Of a DNA stretch of 64,000 nucleotides, positions 38,337 to 47,752 are shown one piece after another. The stretch lies in assembly GCA_015061815.1 (NCBI GenBank), contig SUVW01000008.1:11514-75513 (forward strand), in the 5' to 3' direction. A program made the translations under genes and the position numbers. How positions within the stretch are numbered: position 1 is the first letter of the stretch; each line of letters opens with the position of its first letter. The stretch is from Lentisphaerota bacterium. GTDB lineage: Bacteria; Verrucomicrobiota; Lentisphaeria; Victivallales; Victivallaceae. The notes beneath the pieces were generated by a model. It was not told the DNA's origin, did no database searches, and was given only the letters and a program-made list of their open reading frames with translations.

Positions 38337-39836
38337 TCAGCAATGGAAATATTTTTCCACCAGCTCCAGAATTTTCGCCTGATCGTTACCGATATCCTGA
38401 CGGAGTGTCCGGTCATCGAATTTACGGAGCGTAGCGATCAAACCATCGATCATTGCCGGAGCAAAAACACCATATTCTTCATAGAATGAGCGCTGCTCTT
38501 CCAAACAATCTGCGGATGCAGCACAGCTGTCCGGCAGAACATTGAGCGAATCCAGAATGCTCTTATTCTCATCTTTGTGGATATTGACATTCACATAGGT
38601 CTTCTGCGCCAGAGCCAACGCCTCATATCCCATCTGGAATCCCCAGCGGAACGCCACCGCCAAACCGGCCAACAGCAGGAAAATATCCGCTGAACCATCC
38701 GGAGAACGCATTTCAACCGTCTGCTTCTGCGAAGTATCATAAGCCCCGGATTTTTCACCCGGATTGGCCTGCGCGCAGAGATCCTTTTTGCTGGTCCAGC
38801 CCAACGGCACACGCACCAGCACCGAACGGTTGCGGTCCCCCCAACAGATATTGGTCGGAGCTTCCTGATGCGGAACCAAACGGAAATAACTGGTGGGATT
38901 GGTATTGCCGAAGGCGGTAATGGACGGAGCAAGTTTCATAAGACCGGCAATCGCTTTTTTGGCCTCCGCAGAGAGTTTTCCATTTTTCTGCATCAGGTTG
39001 ATACCATCTTTCATCACCCGGAAGTGGATATGCATTCCGGAACCGGCTTTGCCGACAGTGATTTTGGGAGCAAAAGTAACATCCAGACCATTCTGATAAG
39101 CCAGATTGCGGATGATCCATTTGGCTACCATGAGCTGTTCAGCGGCCTCTTCTGCATTCACCGGCAGAAATTCGATCTCATTCTGCTCATAAATTTTACC
39201 ATCCAGAGTAAAATTGCCAACTTCAGAGTGGCCATATTTTATCTGACCGCCGGTGCGGGCAATATAATTCATGCACAGCTGCCGGAACTCTCCGAACTTG
39301 GCATAAGGTGCTGATTCGTGATAACCTTTCTGATCCACCGCCGGATAACACTCATCATCCGGAGCAATAACGTAATATTCCAATTCACCCATCGCCTGAA
39401 ATTCCAATCCGGTTGCTCCGGTAAATGCTTCACAGGCTTTATGCAGGGTGTACTCGGGAGAACTTGACAGCGGTTCACCATCCTTGTTGAAAAACGAACA
39501 GAGGAAATTTACTGTCGGCAATTCGCAGAATGGATCAATGTAAGCGGTGCGGAAACGGGGCACAACATAGAGATCGCTGTTATTCGCTTCTATAAAAGGA
39601 AACAAACTGGAACCATCCACCCGCTCGCCGCAGGAAAGGATCTCATCCAGATACGCGGCATCGTTGATCACAAAATTCAGAGTTTTAAGTCTGCCGTCAC
39701 CGGCGGGATACTGGAAGTTGATATGACGGATATCTTCGGAAATAATAAAATCAATTATATCCTGTTTGGTAAAATCTTTCGGCAGTTTGCCGATGCGGGA
39801 TGCCAACTCGTGACTGGTAAAATTAAGTTTATCCAT
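38337..39836 (-). CDS. glnA: glutamine synthetase family protein
   Basis: Beta-grasp N-domain, KAGSGMHIHF, and NPTSYFRLVP..EAP..ICWG.RNRS motifs. 499 aa. Confidence 0.8.
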   Translation of the reverse strand: MDKLNFTSHELASRIGKLPKDFTKQDIIDFIISEDIRHINFQYPAGDGRLKTLNFVINDAAYLDEILSCGERVDGSSLFPFIEANNSDLYVVPRFRTAYIDPFCELPTVNFLCSFFNKDGEPLSSSPEYTLHKACEAFTGATGLEFQAMGELEYYVIAPDDECYPAVDQKGYHESAPYAKFGEFRQLCMNYIARTGGQIKYGHSEVGNFTLDGKIYEQNEIEFLPVNAEEAAEQLMVAKWIIRNLAYQNGLDVTFAPKITVGKAGSGMHIHFRVMKDGINLMQKNGKLSAEAKKAIAGLMKLAPSITAFGNTNPTSYFRLVPHQEAPTNICWGDRNRSVLVRVPLGWTSKKDLCAQANPGEKSGAYDTSQKQTVEMRSPDGSADIFLLLAGLAVAFRWGFQMGYEALALAQKTYVNVNIHKDENKSILDSLNVLPDSCAASADCLEEQRSFYEEYGVFAPAMIDGLIATLRKFDDRTLRQDIGNDQAKILELVEKYFHC

Positions 39837-39870
39837 AGAATCCTCTTTCTGTTGATTTTGTCAATCCTTA

Positions 39871-39899
39871 AATATACAGCAAAATATCTGTTTTGTCAA
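39871..39899 (-). promoter_or_regulatory. candidate sigma-70 promoter for glnA
   Basis: On the minus strand, TTGACA (39899-39894), a 17-nt spacer, then TATATT (39876-39871). AGAGGA SD precedes the ATG at 39836. Confidence 0.45.
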
Positions 39900-39903
39900 A
39901 CAA

Positions 39904-40221
39904 TTAAAGAGCTCCATTCCCGCAAATATCAGCCTTATCCATAAGCTTCAATGCTTCCAATCCGGAAATACCAGTGGTTATCCCGATTTTTTCCGCAGCT
40001 TTGGAAACTCCGTTGACTCTGGCGGAAAGCATCTCTTCCCAGTTATTCACGCCGCTTACCGTTGCCAGCACATGCCCGAATTTGTCCGCTGCCGCCAAAT
40101 TCAGATATCCGCATCCAAGTCCGCAACCATTTTCATTTTTTAACAGCAGGATATTTACCCCGCTGAATTCAAATTTCACCGCACTCAATCTGATTCCATC
40201 TGCAATAATCTGTTCTTCCAT
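39904..40221 (-). CDS. DUF1805 (YunC-like) protein
   Basis: LLLKNENGCGLGCGYLNLAAADKFG..ATVSGV....EMLSA.V..VS.AA..IGI..G.SG.EALKLM resembles B. subtilis YunC. Confidence 0.65.
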   Translation of the reverse strand: MEEQIIADGIRLSAVKFEFSGVNILLLKNENGCGLGCGYLNLAAADKFGHVLATVSGVNNWEEMLSARVNGVSKAAEKIGITTGISGLEALKLMDKADICGNGAL

Positions 40222-40245
40222 CTGAATTGTTATCCCTTTTAAACA

Positions 40246-40734
40246 TTATTTGGCAATATCGGCAAACTGCGCCGGAATAACCGCCGCAACCGCTTCAGGT
40301 GCAGCGGCAATATTCAAGCCGACCTTGCCGCCGGAAAACCATATCCGGTCAAAAAGCAGTGCCGTTTCATCAATAAAAGTCGGAAATAATTTTTTCATTC
40401 CCAAAGGAGAACATCCGCCATGCACATAACCGGTCAACGGCAAAAGCTCTTTCAACGCGATCAACTCAATACTTTTACGGCCGGCAGCCCGGGCAGCCTT
40501 TTTCAGATCCAACTCTCCGGCAGCCGGAACAATAAACACAAAATATTCATGCCCGGGTGCTTCAGTGACCAGTGTCTTGAATACCTCTTCCGGCATACGG
40601 CCCAATTTTTCCGCGATCGCCACAGCATCGATCCTGCCGTCGGATATATCATACTCAAATGCTTCAAAATCCAATCCGGCATTTTCCGCCAGACGCAATG
40701 CATTGGTTTTACTGATAGTCTTTGCCATAATCAT
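40246..40734 (-). CDS. ybaK: Cys-tRNA(Pro)/Cys-tRNA(Cys) deacylase
   Basis: YbaK/EbsC-like sequence: KTNALRLAENAGLDFE, FKTLV, GYVHGGCSPLG. About 160 aa. Confidence 0.8.
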   Translation of the reverse strand: MIMAKTISKTNALRLAENAGLDFEAFEYDISDGRIDAVAIAEKLGRMPEEVFKTLVTEAPGHEYFVFIVPAAGELDLKKAARAAGRKSIELIALKELLPLTGYVHGGCSPLGMKKLFPTFIDETALLFDRIWFSGGKVGLNIAAAPEAVAAVIPAQFADIAK

Positions 40735-40816
40735 CCCCGTTTTCCGGATAATTTACTGCTTTTTTGCCAAAAATCAACTTTTTTTTGAATATTTTTCATT
40801 TTTTTTACTTTTGCTA

Positions 40817-40844
40817 TTGACTTTAACAATATTTTTCGTATAAT
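40817..40844 (+). promoter_or_regulatory. near-consensus sigma-70 promoter upstream of the RRM protein gene
   Basis: TTGACT (40817-40822), a 16-nt spacer, then TATAAT (40839-40844), in a T-rich intergenic region. It predicts a leader of about 70 nt. Confidence 0.45.
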
Positions 40845-40921
40845 TATAAATAGTTTATACCGAAACGCAACAAATGGATGGGACCGGATGCTGCGTTTTA
40901 ACAGAAAGGATGCAATCGGGA

Positions 40922-41194
40922 ATGAATATCTACGTCGGCAATTTGCCGTACAGCACCACATCGGACGATCTGCGGGAAGTTTTTGCTGCATTCGGAGAAG
41001 TCTCCGCCGCCAGAATCGTCAATGACCGTGAAACCGGAAGAGCCAAAGGATTCGGTTTCGTTGAAATGACCAATGATGAAGAAGCGCGCAAAGCGGTCGA
41101 AGCTCTCAACGGCAATGATATCGGCGGCCGCAAAGCAGTAGTCAATGAAGCACGCCCGCGCGAACCCCGTCAATTCCGCGAAAAGCGTTTTTGA
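40922..41194 (+). CDS. RNA-binding protein with a single RRM domain
   Basis: RNP2 is IYVGNL and RNP1 is KGFGFVEM. 90 aa from MNIYVGNLPY. Confidence 0.85.
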   Translation: MNIYVGNLPYSTTSDDLREVFAAFGEVSAARIVNDRETGRAKGFGFVEMTNDEEARKAVEALNGNDIGGRKAVVNEARPREPRQFREKRF

Positions 41195-41203
41195 TTGTCG
41201 TGT

Positions 41204-41243
41204 AAAAAAAACGGAGCCGGTTTTCCGACTCCGTTTTTTTTTT
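41204..41243. terminator. bidirectional Rho-independent terminator shared by convergent genes
   Basis: A8 run, then CGGAGCCGG-TTTT-CCGACTCCG (8 of 9 pairs), then a T10 run. Confidence 0.65.
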
Positions 41244-41257
41244 ACTCTGATTGCCGA

Positions 41258-41437
41258 TTACTTGGCATCAACGATGAAACCATCGCCGTAGACACCGCTT
41301 TCAATTGACAGACCAAAGAAGGTGTTGTAGTAAACATACTTGCTGCGGGCACCTGATTTCGGGGTACGCAGAGATCCGCAACCGGTAACGGCACAGGCGA
41401 CGAGAGCTGCCACAGCAAAAATAACCAACTTTTTCAT
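41258..41437 (-). CDS. 59-aa lipoprotein (below the ORF-track length cutoff)
   Basis: My translation is MKKLVIFAVAALVACAVTGCGSLRTPKSGARSKYVYYNTFFGLSIESGVYGDGFIVDAK. The lipobox is VTGC. AAAGGA lies 8 nt upstream, and the gene ends at the bidirectional terminator. Confidence 0.55.
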   Translation of the reverse strand: MKKLVIFAVAALVACAVTGCGSLRTPKSGARSKYVYYNTFFGLSIESGVYGDGFIVDAK

Positions 41438-41671
41438 CTTTTTTTCCTTTCTGTTGTTTTCCGGGATATTACTTGAAATATCCCACTATCAGAAAAAATA
41501 GCACTATATCTGAAAAAAGCAAGTGCTTAAAAACAAAAAAAAACATGATTTTTCTGAAATATTTATTGACAGAAGCAATTGCAAAGTAATTCAAACAAGA
41601 AGAGGCCTTTCAAAATTGCCCCGGTAAAAAACCGGTTATTGCATCGTCAACCGATCACAACACCTGGAACA

Positions 41672-42559
41672 TTACTCAAAAATCACCTCTGATATATCGT
41701 ACGCATCACAAAAAATCATGCACAGCCGGTCAAAGCCGATGGCACATCCGGAACTTTCCGGCATGCCGCGCTCCAAAGCTTCCAGAAAATCACTTGCTTC
41801 CGGATAAGCCAGCATTCCCTGTTCCGCCCGGAACTTCAAAGCTTCATCAAAGCGTCTGCGCTGCTCGGCGGCATCGGTCAATTCTCCGAATGCATTGCCC
41901 AATTCCATTCCCCGGATATAAAGTTCCCACCGTTCTGCAACCCGACTGTCATTTTTGCTCAAACGGGACAATGAAGCCCGGTTTGCCGGATAGTCTATCA
42001 GAAACTCCGGACAATCCCGCCCCAATTCCGGTTCGACTTTCAACACCATCAATTCATCAAAACTGCCATCGGCATCCGCTTCAAAAGCACTTTTCCCGGC
42101 ATATTTGATAAACGCCTCATCCACTGTTATGAAATTATGACGCCAAAGTTCGATCTCACTGCCCTGATAACTCAATTTGGTACGACCGAAAATTTCCAGC
42201 GCAGCACTGGCGATCATCCTGGCGGTAAATTGTGCCAACTGCCGGTAATCCCACTGCACAACATAGTACTCCAGGATCGTAAACTCTTCCCGGTGCTTGC
42301 GTCCGGACTCCTCGGCCCGGAACGCGGAACCGAATTGAAATATCCTTTCCAATCCGGCGCACAACATCCTTTTCATCGCCAATTCCGGACTGGTCCGCAG
42401 AAACCCGCCCTGACATGGAACCGATTCGATATACTCCTCCGGAGCCGGAGCCGGAATTTTAACAGCTGTGGAAACTTCCAGAAATTTTTCCACATAAAAT
42501 GCGTTCCGCAACGCTTTCTGCAAATCGGAACGGATCTTCAGATTTTCCAGTTTGCTCAT
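41672..42559 (-). CDS. epmA: EF-P lysine ligase-like truncated class II LysRS paralogue (EpmA/GenX-like)
   Basis: Class II motifs (FLRTSPELAMKRML, FRAEESGRKHREEFTILEYY, GCAIGFDRL) with no anticodon-binding domain. 295 aa. Confidence 0.7.
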   Translation of the reverse strand: MSKLENLKIRSDLQKALRNAFYVEKFLEVSTAVKIPAPAPEEYIESVPCQGGFLRTSPELAMKRMLCAGLERIFQFGSAFRAEESGRKHREEFTILEYYVVQWDYRQLAQFTARMIASAALEIFGRTKLSYQGSEIELWRHNFITVDEAFIKYAGKSAFEADADGSFDELMVLKVEPELGRDCPEFLIDYPANRASLSRLSKNDSRVAERWELYIRGMELGNAFGELTDAAEQRRRFDEALKFRAEQGMLAYPEASDFLEALERGMPESSGCAIGFDRLCMIFCDAYDISEVIFE

Positions 42560-43647
42560 TGCTGTTTCAAATATGCTTCAATAAAACGGTCAATATCCCC
42601 ATCCAGCACTCCGGAAGTATCGCTGGTTTCCACATCAGTGCGCAAATCTTTTACCATCTGATAAGGCTGAAGAACATAACTGCGTATCTGACTGCCCCAG
42701 CCGTTTTCCATCTGTTCTCCGCGCAAAGCTGCTGCCGCTTCGCGCCGTTTACGCTCCTCGATCTCAAAAAGTCTGGCCTTGAGCATTTTCATGGCAGTGG
42801 CCCGGTTCTTGTGCTGGGAACGCTCATTCTGACAGCTGACAACGATACCGCTTGGCAAGTGGGTTATCCGCACTGCCGAGTCAGTTGTATTGACGTGCTG
42901 GCCGCCTGCCCCGCTGGAACGGTAGGTATCCACCCGCAAATCCGCTTCATTGATCTCAATGTCGATATCGTCATCGATCTCCGGGAAGACATCCACCGAA
43001 CAAAAACTGGTGTGACGCCGCGCATTGCTGTCAAAAGGAGAAATCCGCACCAGACGGTGAACTCCGTTTTCCCCTTTGCAGTAACCGTAAGCAAATTCAC
43101 CGGTAATATGCAGTGTCGCACTGCGGATACCTGCTTCATCCCCGGGCTGATAATCGATAAGTTCCTCTTTCCATCCCCGTCTTTCAGCATATCGGCGGTA
43201 CATCCGAAAAAGCATACTGCCCCAATCACAAGACTCCGTACCGCCGGCACCGGCATGGATGGTCAGATAAAAATTATTACGGTCAAAACGGCCGGAAAGG
43301 AAGCTGACGATTTCCAACTTATCCAGTTCCGCTTCCAATGCCGGCAGCTGCCCTTCAGCTTCTTCAATAAAAGCCTCATCTTCAGCAGCGAACTCCAATG
43401 CCGTCCCGAAATCAGCCAATGTGCTTTCCATTTTGCGGAAAGGAGTAATAATATTACGGCAGGATGAAACAGCGGCAATGGTCGTTTGCGCACTGTCTTT
43501 GTCGTTCCAGAAATCCGGAGCATTCATTTTCTCTTCCAGCCCGGCCAGTTCCTCTTCTTTTTCGCTGATTTTCAGGAACCCCTCGACCTGTTTCAAACGG
43601 GATTTGTAATCATTTTCTTTCTGGCGCAATTCTTCGATGGTCAGCAT
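42556..43647 (-). CDS. prfB: peptide chain release factor 2 (single continuous ORF)
   Basis: SPF tripeptide (RISPFDS) and GGQ (SGAGGQHVN). Start trimmed to MLTIEELRQ with GGAGAG upstream. Confidence 0.9.
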   Translation of the reverse strand: MLTIEELRQKENDYKSRLKQVEGFLKISEKEEELAGLEEKMNAPDFWNDKDSAQTTIAAVSSCRNIITPFRKMESTLADFGTALEFAAEDEAFIEEAEGQLPALEAELDKLEIVSFLSGRFDRNNFYLTIHAGAGGTESCDWGSMLFRMYRRYAERRGWKEELIDYQPGDEAGIRSATLHITGEFAYGYCKGENGVHRLVRISPFDSNARRHTSFCSVDVFPEIDDDIDIEINEADLRVDTYRSSGAGGQHVNTTDSAVRITHLPSGIVVSCQNERSQHKNRATAMKMLKARLFEIEERKRREAAAALRGEQMENGWGSQIRSYVLQPYQMVKDLRTDVETSDTSGVLDGDIDRFIEAYLKQQ

Positions 43648-44234
43648 TTTTTCACACTCTCCAGTTTCCACATATCATCCAGCAGACGCTGGATCGTCCC
43701 CAGACACGCTCCACAAGCTCCACCGGCCTTGCAATAATTGGTGATCTCTTCCGCCCGGTGCAAATCGTTCTCTTTGGCCACCCGCAGGATTTTAAGATCG
43801 GTTATCCCGAAGCATTTGCAGATCAGTTTGCCGTCATGGTCATCAAGCTTTTCAAAGGGATTCGGCTCTCCTTTATAATCTGCTATCGCCGCCTGCAAAG
43901 CCTCCATTCCCATGACGGAACAGTGCATTTTGGCCTCCGGCAACTCACCCAGCAGTTTGACTATATCCTGATTGGTGACTTTTCCCGCCTCTTCAAGCGT
44001 CATCCCCTTGATAAGTTCAGTCAATGCCGAACTCGAAGCAATAGCACTGGCACAACCGAAAGTTTTGAACTTCACCTCGGCGATTTTACCGTTTTCATCC
44101 AATTTAAAAGTCAATTTCAGCGCATCTCCGCAAGCCGCATTTCCCACCTGCCCGGTTCCGTCGGGATTTTCCACTTCCCCGACATTGCGGGGATTCATAA
44201 AATGGTCAATAACCTTATCAGTATAGTTCCACAT
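43641..44234 (-). CDS. nifU: NifU-like Fe-S scaffold (IscU domain + BFD-like [2Fe-2S] domain, no Nfu C-domain)
   Basis: GNAACGDALKL, FGCASAIASS, KMHCSVMG, then CKCFGIT...CKAGGACGAC. Confidence 0.8.
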   Translation of the reverse strand: MWNYTDKVIDHFMNPRNVGEVENPDGTGQVGNAACGDALKLTFKLDENGKIAEVKFKTFGCASAIASSSALTELIKGMTLEEAGKVTNQDIVKLLGELPEAKMHCSVMGMEALQAAIADYKGEPNPFEKLDDHDGKLICKCFGITDLKILRVAKENDLHRAEEITNYCKAGGACGACLGTIQRLLDDMWKLESVKKC

Positions 44235-44235
44235 C

Positions 44236-45441
44236 TTATTTTTTTTCCTTATTTTTAGAATTATGCTCCCTGAAAATGGCAGCAATTATCCCTGCGGCCT
44301 GTTCATCGGCATACAGTTTTCGCGCCATAATTGTTTCCAAATAAAAACCAAGCAGCCGGTGATGTTTTAAATTCGATTTCAGCGACCACACATCTGCCAT
44401 CTGAATTATTCCGGTCAGCAACTGTTTTTTCTCTGCGGCACTCAACTTTTTCTTTTCCATCTGCCGCTTTTTAGCTTCTTCGATGGGGAAAACCGGTTTT
44501 TTGCTTAATTCTCCGGCCAGACGTTTTACCGGTTCAAATCTGCCGGTAACAAAGAATTCCAGCCATAGCATATCCAGCTGTGCAGCATGAACCACCTCTT
44601 TGAATGTCAGAGGATCACTGCCTTTGAATTTTGCGGTCAGCTTCATTATTTCCGGATTGATATCTTTCTGATACCGGTTGAGAAATTCTTTTCCCAATCC
44701 GCCGAAAACCATTGCATAATATCCATATTTTTCCGGTGGTATCCCCTGACTCATCTTCGCCAGATCATCGTGAAATTGCGGATTGAGTTTGAATGCTTCG
44801 CAAAAACCTTTGAGTATAGCCATCGGGTTGAAGTTCTTTCCCTCTTTCTGCTGCTGACGTTTCACCCCTTCATCAAGATAATAACGCCATGCTGCCAAAA
44901 GCCTCTCCGGTTTCGGTTCCCGGTAATAAAAGGTGAATGTTTTTTCAAATTCTCCGGCATCCATTGCCCGGTCAACACTTATCTGCGGAACAAGTTCCAG
45001 AGAAGATTCCGCCCGGTAGGAATTGCCGTCAGCATCCTTCAACATCAGGATGTAAGTATATTTTCCGGGTTTATCGGATGTTTCAAATACCCCGGCGAAA
45101 TATTTTCCCGGACTCAATATCCCCTGCGCTCCGGCAGGAATATCAAAAAAAGGAATATCCTTGAAGTGTACTTTCTCCTCTCCATCCGGAGATTTGCCGG
45201 TAAATGTCGCTGATAACTTCAATGGCTTGGATAACTTCTCTTTACTTGCCACTGAAATCGTCAGAGTAAACGGCTGACCGGATTCAACTTTGGAAACCAG
45301 CGGCACGTGGATCCCCCGGTGCGGCATGACATACTGCACCTGATCATCCATATTTGCCGCCAGAGTCGGGAAAAACAACACCTCCAAAGCCGACACCATC
45401 CATGCGGTCAGTGATATAACAATTACGGCCAACCGTTTCAT
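44236..45441 (-). CDS. hypothetical exported protein
   Basis: It has an N-terminal hydrophobic signal or anchor. 401 aa. It is packed between proS and nifU. No family recognised. Confidence 0.55.
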   Translation of the reverse strand: MKRLAVIVISLTAWMVSALEVLFFPTLAANMDDQVQYVMPHRGIHVPLVSKVESGQPFTLTISVASKEKLSKPLKLSATFTGKSPDGEEKVHFKDIPFFDIPAGAQGILSPGKYFAGVFETSDKPGKYTYILMLKDADGNSYRAESSLELVPQISVDRAMDAGEFEKTFTFYYREPKPERLLAAWRYYLDEGVKRQQQKEGKNFNPMAILKGFCEAFKLNPQFHDDLAKMSQGIPPEKYGYYAMVFGGLGKEFLNRYQKDINPEIMKLTAKFKGSDPLTFKEVVHAAQLDMLWLEFFVTGRFEPVKRLAGELSKKPVFPIEEAKKRQMEKKKLSAAEKKQLLTGIIQMADVWSLKSNLKHHRLLGFYLETIMARKLYADEQAAGIIAAIFREHNSKNKEKK

Positions 45442-45450
45442 CTGTACTCC

Positions 45451-47187
45451 TTAAATATCAAACTTTTTCAATTCGTCTGCCACTTTTCCGGAAATGACAG
45501 CTGCCGCTTCATCCAGGCTCAATCTCACGCTGTCGCGGCAGGCCCGGGTGCGGAACTCCACCTGATTTTCTGCAAGAGTTTTCGGAGAGATGACCAACCG
45601 GAACGGGATTCCCAGCAAATCTGCATCGCTGAACATGCTTCCGGCCTTTTCCCCCCGGTCATCGTAAAGGACTTCCAAATTCATCTTTTCCAACTGTTCC
45701 ACCAACTTTTCGGCAGCTTCTCCGACTCCGGCCTTCTGCGGGTCGATCGCACACACCTGCACCTGCCAGGGCGCAATGGACATCGGCCACACCGGTCCGT
45801 AATCATCGTGAGAATACTCGATGACCGAAGCCATCGCCCGTCCGACGCCGATACCGTAACAACCCATGATCATCGGACGGCTCTTGCCATCTTTATCCAG
45901 ATAATTGCAATTCATCGACTCCGAATATTTTGTCCCGAGCTGGAAAATATTTCCGACTTCGATTCCCCGGAGCATTTCCAATGGTTCGCCGGAACCCGGA
46001 GCCGGATCACCCTCTCTGACAGTGGCGATATCCGCAACGATATAATCCACCCCGGCCAAATCACGCTGCGCATTGAAGTTGAGACAGTGGAATCCCGGTT
46101 CATTGGCTCCGACCACCAGATTGGATGATTCAAACGCGGAACGGTCGATGATGATCTTTGCCTTTTTGCCCTTCAGATTCAACGGGCTTGCATAACCGGG
46201 AACTGCCCCGGCGGCAAGGATCGATTCATCATCGGCAAATTTCAACTCTGCCACCAAAGCGGCATTGGACAATTTGCTTTCGTTGACTTCAAAATCTCCC
46301 CGGATCAGGGCAAAAATCAACTCTCCGGTACGGGCATCCTGATAAAAAACCGCCTTGCCGGTCTGCTCCGGAGCGACATTCAAAAATCCGGCAACTTCAT
46401 CAATGGTCTTGCAATCCGGCGTGGCAACCTTTTCCAGGGCTTTTTCCTCTTCTTTGACAAATTTCCAATCTGCCACTGCGATCTCCCGGTTGGCCCGGTA
46501 CTTACGGTCGGGTGAAACAAATATCGTATCTTCCCCGCATTCAGATATGGCCATGAATTCATGCGAAACTTTTCCGCCCATCATGCCGCTGTTGGATTCG
46601 ATACTCAAAACATTATCCAAACCGATCCGGCGGAAAATCCTCTCATAAGCCTCATGAGCGCGCACATAATAGGCTTCCAGATCTGCCTGATCGGTATGAA
46701 AACTGTACGCATCTTTCATCGTAAATTCTCTTGTCCGTATCAATCCGGCCCGGGGACGTGCTTCATCACGGTATTTGGTCTGGATCTGATACACCATCAC
46801 CGGCAGCTGCTTGTAGCTGTTGACCTCGGTACGGATCAACGCGGTAACACACTCCTCGTGGGTCATGGCCAGCAGCATCGGTTTATCATTGCGGTCAGAG
46901 AAGCGGAGCAACTCTGCTCCGACTGCCTCGTAACGGCCTGATTCCTGCCACAAAGATGCCGGAAGCACCACCGGCATCAAAATTTCCTGTCCATCGATCC
47001 GGTTCATCTCTTCCCGGATGATGTTCTCGATTTTGGCAACGATCCGCTTCCCGGCCGGCAGCAGAGAATATATCCCGGCTGAAACCGGACGGATATAACC
47101 GCCGCGCATCAAAAACTGGTGACTGACTGTCTTTGCATCTTTAGGTACTTCACGGAGTCTGCGCCCCGCCATTTTGCTCATTTTCAT
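45451..47187 (-). CDS. proS: proline--tRNA ligase (bacterial type with INS editing domain)
   Basis: LREVPKDAKTVSHQFLMRGGYIRP, class II motifs and the inserted editing domain. 578 aa. Confidence 0.95.
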   Translation of the reverse strand: MKMSKMAGRRLREVPKDAKTVSHQFLMRGGYIRPVSAGIYSLLPAGKRIVAKIENIIREEMNRIDGQEILMPVVLPASLWQESGRYEAVGAELLRFSDRNDKPMLLAMTHEECVTALIRTEVNSYKQLPVMVYQIQTKYRDEARPRAGLIRTREFTMKDAYSFHTDQADLEAYYVRAHEAYERIFRRIGLDNVLSIESNSGMMGGKVSHEFMAISECGEDTIFVSPDRKYRANREIAVADWKFVKEEEKALEKVATPDCKTIDEVAGFLNVAPEQTGKAVFYQDARTGELIFALIRGDFEVNESKLSNAALVAELKFADDESILAAGAVPGYASPLNLKGKKAKIIIDRSAFESSNLVVGANEPGFHCLNFNAQRDLAGVDYIVADIATVREGDPAPGSGEPLEMLRGIEVGNIFQLGTKYSESMNCNYLDKDGKSRPMIMGCYGIGVGRAMASVIEYSHDDYGPVWPMSIAPWQVQVCAIDPQKAGVGEAAEKLVEQLEKMNLEVLYDDRGEKAGSMFSDADLLGIPFRLVISPKTLAENQVEFRTRACRDSVRLSLDEAAAVISGKVADELKKFDI

Positions 47188-47295
47188 AACTTTTACCCGG
47201 CTGTGTTTGTTGAATAAAAAATCTCCATTTATATAATATAATACATGGACGCACTTTATACAACAGAATCAACCGCAAAAGTCTATTAAAAGTGA

Positions 47296-47332
47296 CCAAA
47301 AACTGCCGTCATCAGGAACAAAACGGCAGTTT
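47296..47332 (-). terminator. Rho-independent terminator ending the T2SS operon
   Basis: Stem AAACTGCCGT/ACGGCAGTTT (47300-47309 / 47323-47332) is followed on the minus strand by a T5 run. It lies about 50 nt downstream of the stop at 47381. Confidence 0.55.
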
Positions 47333-47380
47333 AATGATTTACAACCGCCCTCGCAGAAGATTTCATTGCCGGAAACAGCT

Positions 47381-47752
47381 TTATCCGCCGCCGCGAAAAA
47401 AACTGAACGGCAGTATCAATACATCGCCGACCAATTGAAAAGGAGCAAACATCCCGATAATGATATTATCCACCCCTTCGCCGAGCAAACCGACCGGGGC
47501 TCCGAGTGTCGCCTGCAATATTCCCAGAGGCAAACGCAGAATATTTCCCAAATCCTTGCCGATTTCCAACAGCTGCTGCCCGCCGTTCTGCATGGCAGTG
47601 ATAACATGCGGAGAAGCTATTTTCGCTCCCTCCAGGGCCAGCGGCGCAAGAATAACCATCGTCACCGGTTCTGCCTGGACCCGATGGGTGAAACATACAT
47701 TCACGGCAAATAAAATTGTTATCAGCAATAATTTTTTCACAAGTAGTTCCAT
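47381..47752 (-). CDS. small exported Gly/Leu-rich protein, unknown function
   Basis: The signal peptide ends in VQA-EP. The mature part is about 97 aa, hydrophobic and G/L-rich, and ends in GGG. It overlaps the gspK-like stop by 16 nt. Confidence 0.5.
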   Translation of the reverse strand: MELLVKKLLLITILFAVNVCFTHRVQAEPVTMVILAPLALEGAKIASPHVITAMQNGGQQLLEIGKDLGNILRLPLGILQATLGAPVGLLGEGVDNIIIGMFAPFQLVGDVLILPFSFFRGGG

